A stretch of DNA of 64,000 bases, taken from positions 65,541 to 129,540 of the forward strand of contig DUPG01000014.1 of NCBI GenBank assembly GCA_012838425.1, in the 5' to 3' direction. The notes under the pieces were generated by a model. That model saw only the letters and a program-made list of their open reading frames with translations, was not told the DNA's origin and did no database searches. The translations under genes and the position numbers were made by a program. Each line of letters begins with the position of its first letter. Positions within the stretch are counted from its first letter, which is position 1. Shown piece by piece: positions 1-9,393 of this stretch. Origin of the DNA: Clostridiales bacterium (GTDB lineage: Bacteria > Bacillota > Clostridia > Christensenellales > CAG-138).

Positions 1-87
1 ACCACGGGCGGCGCGACATACGCGCTGTCAGCAGTCGCAGCCTTAGGTTTAGGCGCAGGAATATTGAGCAAAAAGCGTAAGCAATAG
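1..87 (+). CDS. 3' end of a surface protein with a sortase-type (LPXTG-like) C-terminal sorting signal; 5' end lies outside the window
   Basis: Frame 1 is open from base 1 to TAG at 85-87 and reads TTGGATYALSAVAALGLGAGILSKKRKQ*. That is TG, a hydrophobic helix and a basic tail. A terminator follows. Confidence 0.5.
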   Translation, partial: TTGGATYALSAVAALGLGAGILSKKRKQ

Positions 88-104
88 TGTTTTAATGATG
101 AGAA

Positions 105-127
105 ACAGGGGGCAACCCCTGTTTTTT
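105..127 (+). terminator. Rho-independent terminator
   Basis: Hairpin acagggg-gcaa-cccctgt followed by a T-run (123-127). Confidence 0.75.
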
Positions 128-227
128 GTATGTTCACTCAAATAGATTGCTTGACCTCACTAAAACCAGCCAGCTTTTGCCCAAACGAAAAGGGGCATAT
201 CGCCCCTTGATGTTTTGTAATTCAGCT

Positions 228-3068
228 TCACTCGCCAATCGCTTCCGGATACAGCTCCAGTATCAGCGGCAGGTTGTGCAGATACAGGTATGTAAGAGGC
301 TCAGCGAACTCGTCAAGCGTTCTTATCAGGCTGAACTCGACAAAGTGCATGCTTGAATATTTAGGCTCGGGATTTTCGCCGTTAAGCAGATTCAATACGG
401 TATCATCGCTGAACGCTTCTTCTGATTTCTGACTTCCAGCAAAGCTTGGGTTAACAGTTTCTGTCGCGTTCGTAGAATTCTCTATGTAGTAGCAGTTCGT
501 AACGCTCGTTGTAAGCCCATCACCCTGAACATACGCCAATATTCCGCCGCCCTTGCCTATATTCTGAGAAACATAGTTAAAGCCTATGTTGTAGCAGTCG
601 GTTACAGTTATTGTTCCGTTGCAGGCGTATGCTATAATGCCGCCCGAATAGCTCATGCTCTTTATTAAGCCTAAGTTATAGCAGCTATCCACAGTAATTA
701 CTATCGTTTCGGTATATGTAAAGCCTATAATGCCGCCAGCATAGAACCAGCCTGCTGTTACATTGCCTTCATTTGCGCAGCTTGTAATTGTTGAATCAAA
801 CCTCAAATAGCCTGCTATTCCGCCCGCATAGTTGTCAGACGCATTTATATAGCCCGTATTCTTGCAAAGAGTTATGCTTGAAGCCGAAACATCGGTGCGC
901 CCAACAATGCCGCCTACGGATTGATAACCCATTATATTTCCGGAGTTAGTGGATTTTTCAATGCTTAGCGGCGCGTTGCAGTAACCAACTATTCCGCCGA
1001 AAGCTATGTTGTCAAGTATAGGAGTATCAGTGCCTATTGCGCCTGAGTTGCTGCATTCGGAAATCACAAGCGCGGAGGTCGAATTCATATCGCCTATGAT
1101 TCCGCCTATAGAAGCGAGCCCCTGTATAGCGCCCGTATTATAGCTATTTGTTATTGTAGTATCGTTAGTAGCGCTTCCGATTATGCCGCCTGTATAGTTT
1201 GCCGCGTTTGTTATTGCGCCTGTGTTGTACGAAGAATCAATATTAACCGGCGAATCGCTTATGCCGATAATACCGCCTACGCCTGATATGACATGCGTTC
1301 CGGTTCCCGTTACCTGCCCGGCGTTATATGCGCCTGTAATAATGGTTTCAAGGTTGCTTATGCTGCCTATTACACCGCCTACTGTCTGAATACCCGAAAC
1401 CCTGCTTTCGTCGGTAGAGCCGCAATTCTCCATATTAAGTATTGCAGTGGTATCAACACCCTGCGTTGCTATGCCTATTATGCCGCCTACATCGTTCGAA
1501 TCAGCATATACTCTGCCCGAGTTTACACAGTCCTTAACCTCAGCAGAGCTATACAGCGCGCCTATTATGCCGCCCGTATATGCGTATTCCGATAAGCAGC
1601 CGCCGACTGTTCCGCTGTTTTCGCAACGGCGTATGGCTATGTTCTGAGAAGTCTTGCTTATATAGCCCACTATGCCGCCTATGTAGCGCGCATCGCCTTC
1701 GGATAATACCCAGCCCGTGTTCTTGCAGTCGTTAAGCGTTGCGGAAGTGTTGATGAAGCCTATTATGCCGCCCGCGTATCCGTTTGCAGGCGCTAAATCC
1801 TCCTCCACAGTGCTTGCGGTTACCACAACACCCGCGTTGAAGCACCTCAAAAACTTTGTAGTCGCGCCATCAGTCAGCGTTGAGCCTGCAATTGCGCCTA
1901 CATACATTTTTCCGCGAATGTATGAATCGACTATGCCTAAATCCTTTATAGTCGCTCCGTCAACATATCCGAACAGCCCTTCGCGCAGGTTAAGCGGCTT
2001 ATCTATATACAGCCCTCTTATGCTGTGTCCGTTACCGTTGAATATGCCGGAATACGCCAATTCCTTAGTGTCGCTTATGGGGGTCCACATAGTAAATTCG
2101 CCCGTATTCAGCGTACCGTCACTCTTTAATAGATTGCTGTTAAGTATAACATCGCGTATTAGCTTTGCGTTAGAGTCCTTAGGTATGCTCTGATTGTTTA
2201 TGGAGTCTCTAAACCAAAACAGCTGCTGCTTGTTGTGAATCAAGTACTCGTTTGTAATGGGGTCTTGTACCGGTACATCATCTAAAAATACAGCAGTATA
2301 TGTTACCATAGCGTTAGGAAGGTGGTATTTCTCGCCGCCGTAAAGCTCATACGCGGGGTCGTTGCGCGGCATACCGTTCACTTCGCTAAGCTGCCAATAT
2401 GCAAATGATTTATCCCCCAGCGGTGGCGGGTCGGCAGGCACAAAGTGCGTAGATGAATCGTCATAGCTTGATAAAACAACCTCTAAGGTATCGTATCCGT
2501 CAGCACCCTCCACTAAGTATCTGAATGTCGTAATGTATTCCGTAGTCATGCCGTTGCTCGGCGTAACCTTAGGCTCTGCGTATTCGCCTATTAAGAGCTT
2601 GCCTTGATATATTACTGCATATTCAAGCTCTCTGCTCATTTTAGCTGTGATGTTTATATACTCGGGTGGAATGGTATCCGTAGTGTCTAACATAAAAACA
2701 GAGCCGTTCAGCTCGCTGCCAAGCATTGCGAGTACAGCCTCTTGCACTGTGGTATATCCGTCAAACTGGGAGAATCTCTGCGGGTTTACGCGCAAAACGC
2801 CTTCCTTGAAATCATATCCGAAAATATAGTAGCCGGAGTCGCCTTTAACAAATATCACTATTGAAGGCGCTGTTTGCTCTATAAATTGTGCTTTATATGC
2901 TGTAAGGGCTGACTTTGCGTTCGCAAGCGCAGTCTTATCGCCTGTTCCTTCATGCAGATTAGATAGGCGCGGAATGAGCACCGCCGCCAATATACCTAAT
3001 ACTGCAATAACTATAGAAACTTCAACTAAAGTAAAGCCCCTTTTATTTATCTTAACCTTTTCTTTCAT
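228..3068 (-). CDS. Large modular prepilin-type protein: N-terminal cleavage/methylation signal plus GLUG-type repeats (putative pilus-borne adhesin)
   Basis: ATG at 3068 is preceded by GGAGGG. The N-terminus is MKEKVKINKRG|FTLVEVSIVIAVLGILAAVLIP (Gly-1, Phe+1, Glu+5). There is an FNGNGHSIRGL entry motif and about 15 repeats centred on GG(I/V)(I/V)G, encoded at roughly 520-1915. Confidence 0.8.
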   Translation of the reverse strand: MKEKVKINKRGFTLVEVSIVIAVLGILAAVLIPRLSNLHEGTGDKTALANAKSALTAYKAQFIEQTAPSIVIFVKGDSGYYIFGYDFKEGVLRVNPQRFSQFDGYTTVQEAVLAMLGSELNGSVFMLDTTDTIPPEYINITAKMSRELEYAVIYQGKLLIGEYAEPKVTPSNGMTTEYITTFRYLVEGADGYDTLEVVLSSYDDSSTHFVPADPPPLGDKSFAYWQLSEVNGMPRNDPAYELYGGEKYHLPNAMVTYTAVFLDDVPVQDPITNEYLIHNKQQLFWFRDSINNQSIPKDSNAKLIRDVILNSNLLKSDGTLNTGEFTMWTPISDTKELAYSGIFNGNGHSIRGLYIDKPLNLREGLFGYVDGATIKDLGIVDSYIRGKMYVGAIAGSTLTDGATTKFLRCFNAGVVVTASTVEEDLAPANGYAGGIIGFINTSATLNDCKNTGWVLSEGDARYIGGIVGYISKTSQNIAIRRCENSGTVGGCLSEYAYTGGIIGALYSSAEVKDCVNSGRVYADSNDVGGIIGIATQGVDTTAILNMENCGSTDESRVSGIQTVGGVIGSISNLETIITGAYNAGQVTGTGTHVISGVGGIIGISDSPVNIDSSYNTGAITNAANYTGGIIGSATNDTTITNSYNTGAIQGLASIGGIIGDMNSTSALVISECSNSGAIGTDTPILDNIAFGGIVGYCNAPLSIEKSTNSGNIMGYQSVGGIVGRTDVSASSITLCKNTGYINASDNYAGGIAGYLRFDSTITSCANEGNVTAGWFYAGGIIGFTYTETIVITVDSCYNLGLIKSMSYSGGIIAYACNGTITVTDCYNIGFNYVSQNIGKGGGILAYVQGDGLTTSVTNCYYIENSTNATETVNPSFAGSQKSEEAFSDDTVLNLLNGENPEPKYSSMHFVEFSLIRTLDEFAEPLTYLYLHNLPLILELYPEAIGE

Positions 3069-3313
3069 ATTCAGTACCCTCCTGACTGCTATGCAAAAGC
3101 AGTATAATTGTGCAATTACCCATTTAACAGTATCACATTTATTATATAATGTCAAATAAATATGTATAATTGAAAAGTCGAAATGTGTATAAATAATATG
3201 GCTAAAATGGTAAAGCTAATATAGCTGAAGAAAGTGCTTCAGAATTGCTTCCGAAACACCTTCCACAGAACAAACTAATTGCAGTGCAGCAACCTGTTTC
3301 CCTTGCTACTGTA

Positions 3314-3342
3314 ATAATATCACATTCCGCTTTTGCGGTCAA
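3314..3342 (-). promoter_or_regulatory. Candidate sigma-A promoter, far upstream of the pilin-like gene
   Basis: Minus strand reads TTGACC (3342-3337), 17 nt, TATTAT (3319-3314). It would give a leader of about 240 nt. Confidence 0.35.
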
Positions 3343-3428
3343 CAAAAATATTGCTATTATTCGACATTTTTCAAAAAATATCAAAAACAATGCAAACTGC
3401 ACCGCGCCCATGCTACATAATATACTTT

Positions 3429-3998
3429 TTATAGCTTAAATATTACTCCTATTATTGCAGAAGCGGCTATAAAGAATATCGGATGCAGCTTCGTTTTAAT
3501 TATCGGGATAAATAATACAACGGCTAATATCAAGGTTTTATAGTTTATCGCAGAGAAGAAGCCCGAGAAAGAGCCTATCTCATTCAGCGGCACATTAAAA
3601 AATGTAACCTTTGCAATGCTGATTAGCGCCATAACTATCAACGCCATAGTTGCGGGGCGAATAATGTAAAATATTGCTTTTACTTTGGGCGAAGTCTTAA
3701 ACTTGTCCAATATCTTTATTACAAGCAGTATCGTTAAAAGCGAAGGAAGCACCAGTGACAGCGAAGCGACTATTCCGCCCAGCAGCCCGAATGTCAATAT
3801 GCCCACATATGTTGACATGTTTATGCCCAAAGGACCGGGAGTGGACTCAGAAACCGCTACCATGCGCAATATGTCCTCATTCGTGAACCAGCCTGTGCGC
3901 GTGCCCATATCGTATAGGAAGGGCAATGTCGCCAAGCCTCCGCCGAAAGCGAGCAAGCCGGTAATAAAGAACTCGTACGCAAGCTGCAACAATCTCAT
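3429..3998 (-). CDS. Chromate transporter (short CHR family, second half of a pair)
   Basis: 189-aa polytopic membrane protein with GGGLATLP..SESTPGPLGINMSTYVG motifs. Its start overlaps the upstream partner by 4 nt. Confidence 0.8.
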   Translation of the reverse strand: MRLLQLAYEFFITGLLAFGGGLATLPFLYDMGTRTGWFTNEDILRMVAVSESTPGPLGINMSTYVGILTFGLLGGIVASLSLVLPSLLTILLVIKILDKFKTSPKVKAIFYIIRPATMALIVMALISIAKVTFFNVPLNEIGSFSGFFSAINYKTLILAVVLFIPIIKTKLHPIFFIAASAIIGVIFKL

Positions 3999-4561
3999 TT
4001 GTCTGCTCCCTCCTCAAACCTGCGCTTAAATGCTTTCGTGTATGAAAGCCCAAAGCCTATAAGCCCGAAAGCAAGTATTATAAGCACAACGGGAATGCTT
4101 GTAAACAGCGATAGAAGCGTAACTATCACGAATACGCCGAGCGTTAGCTTATCAACTATTGCCTTTTTGCCTAATTTTATTATTGAACTCAGTATCAGTG
4201 CGCACACGCAGGCGCGGATACCGCCAAATGCGTGTACTACTATTTCAGATTCCGCAAATTCAGCTATTATTGAGACAATAAGCGAAATAATTATTATAGA
4301 AGGCAGTATAACTCCCAAAGTCGCGACCACCGCTCCCCAAAAGCCCTTTACCTTATGCCCCACAAATGTAGCTGTGTTTACAGCAATAACTCCGGGAGTG
4401 CATTGGCTTATGGCATAGTAGTCCATAAGCTCTTCATCGGTAATCCATTTGCGTGATTCAATGAGCTCCTTCTGAAACATAGGCAGCATGGCATAGCCGC
4501 CGCCGAAGGTAAATGCGCCTATTTTTGCGAATGAAATAAACAGCTTCCAAAAATCCTTCAT
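3995..4561 (-). CDS. Chromate transporter (short CHR family, first half of a pair)
   Basis: FTFGGGYAMLPMFQKELIESRKWITDEEL..SQCTPGVIAVNTATFVG is typical of ChrA-type proteins. Confidence 0.8.
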   Translation of the reverse strand: MKDFWKLFISFAKIGAFTFGGGYAMLPMFQKELIESRKWITDEELMDYYAISQCTPGVIAVNTATFVGHKVKGFWGAVVATLGVILPSIIIISLIVSIIAEFAESEIVVHAFGGIRACVCALILSSIIKLGKKAIVDKLTLGVFVIVTLLSLFTSIPVVLIILAFGLIGFGLSYTKAFKRRFEEGADK

Positions 4562-4650
4562 TCTACTATTATCTCCATTCTGTTGCTCTTGATAATCATA
4601 TCACAAAATTAACGAAGTCTACTAATTATTCGATATATAACTGAAAGTAA

Positions 4651-4678
4651 TTGCAGATTTCAAAATTAGTAGTATAAT
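4651..4678 (+). promoter_or_regulatory. Candidate promoter of tdh-kbl
   Basis: TTGCAG (4651-4656), 16 nt, TATAAT (4673-4678). Confidence 0.4.
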
Positions 4679-4712
4679 TACAAGTGGAATGCAAAGGGCA
4701 TTGGAGGATAAT

Positions 4713-5753
4713 ATGCAAAAAATGATGGACGCAATCGTAAAGACCCACAAAGGCAAAGGCTTAGAACTAAAGCGTGTTCCTGTTCCTACACCTAAAATGG
4801 GCGAAGCGTTGATTAAGATTCACAAAACAGCTATCTGCGGAACTGATGTTCACATCTATAACTGGGATTCCTGGAGCGAGAAAAATTTAGTACCCCCATT
4901 GGTTATCGGTCATGAATATGTAGGCGAAATCGCTGAGTTAGGCGAGGGCGTTACTGCGTTTCATGTTGGTCAAAGGGTATCCGGCGAGGGCCACATAGTA
5001 TGTGGTCATTGCAGAAATTGCCGCGCCGGCAACGCGCATTGGTGTAAGCATACAAAGGGCGTAGGCATAAACAGGGACGGCGCATTTGCCGAGTACCTTT
5101 GTATTCCTGCAACGAATGTAGTGCCGGTAAGCGAAGCAATCGATGAGGATATAGTTTCTTTCTTCGACGCTTTCGGCAACGCTACACATACTGCGCTTAT
5201 GTTCGATGTTGTAGGCGAGGATGTGCTGATCACTGGCGCAGGTCCCATAGGCATGATGGCAGCGGCTATTTGCAGGCAAAACGGCGCAAGGCGTGTCGTA
5301 GTTACCGATGTAAACGAGTACAGGCTCAAGCTTGCTAAGAAAATGGGCGCAACCGCAATAGTTAATGTCGCAAAGCAGAAGTTAGAAGATGTAATGGTTG
5401 AGCAAAATATTGTAGAAGGCTTCGATGTTGGGCTTGAGATGTCGGGCAACGGAGCTGCATTGAATCAGATGTTAAGCTCTATGCGAAACGGCGGCAAGGT
5501 TGCGCTGCTGGGCATTGCAGGCCCCGGAACAGTGATAGACTGGAACGATGTAATATTCAAGGGCTTAACACTGCAAGGCATTTACGGCAGAAAGATGTAT
5601 GAAACATGGTACAAGATGGGCGCTATGATTGAAGCAGGGCTTGATTTATCACCCATTGTAACTCACAGATACAGCTATAAGGACTTCGAAAAGGGCTTTG
5701 CGGCTATGAACAGCGGCGAAAGCGGCAAGGTAGTGCTTAATTGGTTAGAATAA
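4713..5753 (+). CDS. tdh: L-threonine 3-dehydrogenase
   Basis: Zinc-ADH fold with CGTDVHIY and GHEYVGEI motifs. GGAGG lies 5 nt upstream of ATG 4713. The track start at 4689 lacks an RBS. Confidence 0.9.
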   Translation: MQKMMDAIVKTHKGKGLELKRVPVPTPKMGEALIKIHKTAICGTDVHIYNWDSWSEKNLVPPLVIGHEYVGEIAELGEGVTAFHVGQRVSGEGHIVCGHCRNCRAGNAHWCKHTKGVGINRDGAFAEYLCIPATNVVPVSEAIDEDIVSFFDAFGNATHTALMFDVVGEDVLITGAGPIGMMAAAICRQNGARRVVVTDVNEYRLKLAKKMGATAIVNVAKQKLEDVMVEQNIVEGFDVGLEMSGNGAALNQMLSSMRNGGKVALLGIAGPGTVIDWNDVIFKGLTLQGIYGRKMYETWYKMGAMIEAGLDLSPIVTHRYSYKDFEKGFAAMNSGESGKVVLNWLE

Positions 5754-5782
5754 TATAAGACCCAATGGGCAAGGAGGTTAAT

Positions 5783-6964
5783 ATGAAAAAAGCGTATGAA
5801 GTATTCAGGCAGGAGCTTGATTTGATTCGCGAATCGGGAATGTATAAGAACGAGCGCATAATAACCACTCCCCAAAAAGCGAGAATCGATACAACCGCTG
5901 CGCGCAATGTGCTAAATATGTGCGCCAACAATTATCTTGGGCTGTCAAATCACCCTGAGATAATAGCGGCAGCAAAGGCAAGCTATGACAAATGGGGCTA
6001 TGGGCTGTCCTCCGTGCGCTTTATTTGCGGCACACAGGAAATTCACAAGCAGCTTGAGAGAAAAATCGCAGACTTCTTGGAAATGGACGACTGTATTCTG
6101 TATTCATCGTGCTTTGACGCTAACGGCGGCCTGTTCGAAACGCTTTTAGGTCCTGATGACGCTGTAATTTCAGACGAATTGAATCACGCCAGCATTATTG
6201 ACGGCGTTCGTCTTTGCAAGGCACAGCGCTTCCGCTACAAGAACAATGATATGGACGACCTGAGGGCAAAGCTTGAAGAAGCAAAGAATTGCCGTATCAA
6301 GCTTATTGCCACAGACGGCGTATTCTCAATGGACGGCTTTATTGCCAACCTCAAAGCCATATGCGACCTTGCAGACGAATACGACGCGTTGGTAATGGTT
6401 GACGACAGCCACGCGGTAGGCTTCATGGGCGAGCACGGCAAGGGCACTCACGAGTACTGCGGAGTAATGGGCAGAGTAGATATTATAACAGGCACATTAG
6501 GCAAGGCTATGGGCGGCGCTTCCGGCGGCTACACAGCAGCAAGACAGGAGATAGTTGACCTGCTGCGTCAGCGTTCAAGACCGTATCTTTTCTCAAATAC
6601 ATTGGCGCCTGCTATATGCGCTGCGTCAATAAAGGTTATAGATATGCTTTCAGAGTCAACGGCGCTGCGCGACAAGCTGCACGAGAACACAGCTTATTTC
6701 AGGAATGAGCTGAGCAAGTTAGGCTTCGATGTTCCTGAGGGCACACACCCCATAGTTCCCGTAATGCTGGGCGATGCGGTTATAGCGCAGGAGTTCGCCG
6801 CGCGTATGCTTGAAAAGGGCGTATATGTAGTCGGCTTCTTCTATCCCGTTGTACCAAAGGGCAAGGCGCGTATTCGCACACAGGTTTCCGCAGGGCACTC
6901 AAAAGAGGATCTGGACTTTGCAGTAAAATGCTTTGCCGAAGTCAAAAAGGAAATGGGACTGTAA
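5783..6964 (+). CDS. kbl: Glycine C-acetyltransferase (2-amino-3-ketobutyrate CoA ligase)
   Basis: Contains [10 protein letters not shown] and [16 protein letters not shown]; PLP-dependent class II aminotransferase. GGAGG precedes ATG 5783. Lies immediately downstream of tdh. Confidence 0.9.
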   Translation: MKKAYEVFRQELDLIRESGMYKNERIITTPQKARIDTTAARNVLNMCANNYLGLSNHPEIIAAAKASYDKWGYGLSSVRFICGTQEIHKQLERKIADFLEMDDCILYSSCFDANGGLFETLLGPDDAVISDELNHASIIDGVRLCKAQRFRYKNNDMDDLRAKLEEAKNCRIKLIATDGVFSMDGFIANLKAICDLADEYDALVMVDDSHAVGFMGEHGKGTHEYCGVMGRVDIITGTLGKAMGGASGGYTAARQEIVDLLRQRSRPYLFSNTLAPAICAASIKVIDMLSESTALRDKLHENTAYFRNELSKLGFDVPEGTHPIVPVMLGDAVIAQEFAARMLEKGVYVVGFFYPVVPKGKARIRTQVSAGHSKEDLDFAVKCFAEVKKEMGL

Positions 6965-6973
6965 TAGAAATAT

Positions 6974-7002
6974 AAAAAGGGCGACTCAGTCGCCCCTTTT
7001 TT
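6974..7002. terminator. Bidirectional Rho-independent terminator between kbl and the convergent aminopeptidase gene
   Basis: gggcgac-tca-gtcgccc stem flanked by an A-run (6974-6978) and a T-run (6997-7002). Confidence 0.8.
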
Positions 7003-7013
7003 GTATTAAAGCT

Positions 7014-8129
7014 TTATATCAAATTCTCCGGATTCAAGCACTCCAATTCAGGCAGCACGAATCTCCCGTCTTTCCTTATAAGCACTCCGTCAAAGTACAT
7101 TTCGCCGCCGCCGTACTCGGGAGTTTGTATGCATACCAGATCCCAATGCAATGCCGATTTATTGCCATTGTCTGCGTCGTCATAGCATGAGCCGGGAGTA
7201 AAGTGGAATGAGCCTGCAATCTTCTCGTCAAACAGCGTGTCCTTCATAGGAACGGTAATATAGGGGTTTACGCCTATTGCGAATTCGCCTACATACCTTG
7301 CGCCCTCGTCTATATCGAATATCTTGTTTATGCGCTCCGTATCGTTTGAGGTCGCTTCAACAATCCTGCCGTCCTTGAACTTCAACACTACATTTTCAAA
7401 TGTAAATCCGTCGCGCAAAGAGGGCGTATTGTATGATATAACACCGTTTACGGAGTTATTAACGGGGGCAGTATATATCTCGCCGTCGGGAATATTCATC
7501 TCGCCTGCGCACTTAACAGCGGGTATGCCCTTAATTGAGAATTCCAAATCGGTGCCCTTGCCTACAATGCGTACCTTGTCTGTACGCTCCATAAGCGCTT
7601 TAAGGCTGTCCAACGCCTTGTCCATCTTAGAATAATCGAGGTTGCATACATTGAAGTAGTAATCCTCAAATGCCTCTGTGCTCATGCCCGCCTGCTGCGC
7701 CATAGAGGGCGAAGGATAGCGCATTACAACCCAGCGTGTCTTAGGAACGCGCACCTTGCCATGCACTTCCTCTGAATAGTATTTTGACATTATTTCAAGC
7801 TTCTCAGCAGGCACATCGCTAAACTCAGAAATATTGCTTCCGCCGCGAATACCCACATACGCCTGCATATTGCTCATAAGCTCCGCGTCTAAGCGTGCTA
7901 TAAGCTTTTGCTGTTCAATGTTTGCGCCCATCGCTAATTCCCTTGTAATAGTGGGGTGTGATACCCATACGAAGGGATTTGCGCCTATCCTGTACGCTTC
8001 CTTTACAAGCGCATGCACAAGCTCATCGTTATTGCCCTTTGAATCTATTAGCACGTTTTCGCCCTTTTGCAGCTTAACAGAAAAGTTAAGCAGGTTCTTT
8101 GCCAGCTTTTCAATTCTTGGATCCTTCAT
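7014..8129 (-). CDS. Aminopeptidase, M29 (AmpS/PepS-like) family
   Basis: 371 aa. N-terminus is MKDPRIEKLAKNLLNFSVKLQKGENVLI. C-terminal EGARYVGEFAIGVNP and HFTPGS motifs are typical of thermophilic-metalloprotease M29. Confidence 0.8.
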   Translation of the reverse strand: MKDPRIEKLAKNLLNFSVKLQKGENVLIDSKGNNDELVHALVKEAYRIGANPFVWVSHPTITRELAMGANIEQQKLIARLDAELMSNMQAYVGIRGGSNISEFSDVPAEKLEIMSKYYSEEVHGKVRVPKTRWVVMRYPSPSMAQQAGMSTEAFEDYYFNVCNLDYSKMDKALDSLKALMERTDKVRIVGKGTDLEFSIKGIPAVKCAGEMNIPDGEIYTAPVNNSVNGVISYNTPSLRDGFTFENVVLKFKDGRIVEATSNDTERINKIFDIDEGARYVGEFAIGVNPYITVPMKDTLFDEKIAGSFHFTPGSCYDDADNGNKSALHWDLVCIQTPEYGGGEMYFDGVLIRKDGRFVLPELECLNPENLI

Positions 8130-9082
8130 ACTTCCTCCGATTCAATATTGATTTTTTCTTTTACTATATACAATGGACGGTTTAAGAGCTCATGATACAT
8201 TCTGTTCATGTATGCGCCCTGTATTCCCATGTTTATAAACATTATGCCGTTAATCAGCGCGAACCCCGCGACTGCCCAAAGCCAAGGAGCAACGCCTATT
8301 GTAAGCGCCAATATAAGCAATGCTATAAGCCCTAATACCGACATTACGCTTAAGAATATGCCAAAGCCCATAGAAAGCGTCAAAGGCCTGTCCGAAAAGC
8401 CCGTAATGCCGTCAAACGCTAATTTCAGCATTTTTTTCAAGGTGTACTTCGTCTTGCCTGCGTAGCGCTCATGGCGCACATATTCTACCGGCACAGCCTC
8501 AAAGCCCATCCACGCGCTCATGCCGCGCAAAAACCTGTTGTGCTCGCGCATTTGCAAGAATGTATCGGCGACCTTTCTGTCCAACAGTCTGAAATCTCCC
8601 GTATCTAACGGAATAGGATATGCGCTCATTGACTTTAACAGCCTGTAATACATAAACGCGGTAAGCTTCTTAAAAATGGTTTCGCCCTTGCGCTTTACAC
8701 GCTTGCCGTATGCAATATCCGCACCCTTTTCCCAAGCGGCTATAAGGTCGCCTATTACCTCGGGCGGGTCCTGCAGGTCAACATCAATTATAATAAGCGC
8801 GTCGCCCTTTGCGTGGTCCATTCCGGCTGTAACGGCCAGCTGATGCCCGAAATTGCGCGAAAAGCTGATAACCTTTACATGAGAGTTTCTGCCCGCTATT
8901 TCACGCAGCTTGGATAATGAAGAATCCCTGCTTCCGTCGTTCACATAAATTATTTCATACGGATAGCCAAAGGACTTCATAGCAGCGTCCATCTTCTCAA
9001 ATGAAACATCTAACACTTCTTCTTCGTTATATACGGGAACAATCAGCGATAACAGCTTGTCCTTCCTTGAAATGCTCTCCAA
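8126..9082 (-). CDS. Family 2 glycosyltransferase, polyprenyl-phosphate sugar transferase type (GtrB/CsbB/ArnC-like)
   Basis: Contains LSLIVPVYNEEE..YVNDGSRDSS..IIIDVDLQDPPE plus two C-terminal TM helices. TTG start follows GGAGGG. Confidence 0.8.
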   Translation of the reverse strand: MESISRKDKLLSLIVPVYNEEEVLDVSFEKMDAAMKSFGYPYEIIYVNDGSRDSSLSKLREIAGRNSHVKVISFSRNFGHQLAVTAGMDHAKGDALIIIDVDLQDPPEVIGDLIAAWEKGADIAYGKRVKRKGETIFKKLTAFMYYRLLKSMSAYPIPLDTGDFRLLDRKVADTFLQMREHNRFLRGMSAWMGFEAVPVEYVRHERYAGKTKYTLKKMLKLAFDGITGFSDRPLTLSMGFGIFLSVMSVLGLIALLILALTIGVAPWLWAVAGFALINGIMFINMGIQGAYMNRMYHELLNRPLYIVKEKINIESEEV

Positions 9083-9143
9083 ATCTTTTGCCCTCCTATC
9101 TCATGCTTATAAGATTATAGAACCGAATACTGATTATTGCAAG

Positions 9144-9383
9144 CTATTTCAGCTTTATTCGACGCTTGCCCGTATTCCTGATATGCGCTTCAGACAACCT
9201 TACTCCGTTGATTGCGGAGCTAATACTAAGCACCCACAGTATTATTTTAGTTTGCTTGTTTCCCAAAAAATTCATAGCCGAGTTCATAGAATCAATTATA
9301 AGAAACACAATTAGCATAACCGACAGTATTATCGATATATGGGGCAGAGTTATTATAATTAAGCTAAACAGGTTCTTTTTCAT
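9144..9383 (-). CDS. Small membrane protein (2 predicted TM helices), unknown function
   Basis: 79 aa. Strong RBS (GAGGTGG) lies 4 nt from the ATG. Sits between two glycan genes on the same strand. Confidence 0.55.
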   Translation of the reverse strand: MKKNLFSLIIITLPHISIILSVMLIVFLIIDSMNSAMNFLGNKQTKIILWVLSISSAINGVRLSEAHIRNTGKRRIKLK

Positions 9384-9393
9384 ATTCCACCTC

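Noticed and set aside
1293-2193. Several 60-160-aa plus-strand ORFs inside the pilin-like gene.
   Set aside because: They are antisense frames kept open by the GLUG repeat periodicity. They have no RBS, and the minus-strand frame is continuous for 946 codons with clear motifs.
3069-3155. N-terminal extension of the pilin-like ORF to 3155 (MTLYNKCDTVKW...).
   Set aside because: There is no RBS at 3155. GGAGGG sits directly before ATG 3068, and a prepilin leader must be short and N-terminal.
3069-3310. c-di-GMP riboswitch upstream of the pilin-like gene (pilin genes in some Clostridia are c-di-GMP controlled).
   Set aside because: I could not find the conserved GEMM-I or GEMM-II core sequences (for example ACGCAAAGCC-type or the class II pseudoknot motifs). 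Only generic hairpins are present.
3202-3439. 69-aa minus-strand and 64-aa plus-strand ORFs in the chrA-pilin spacer.
   Set aside because: Neither has a Shine-Dalgarno sequence. They overlap each other on opposite strands in an AT-rich spacer and show no family features.
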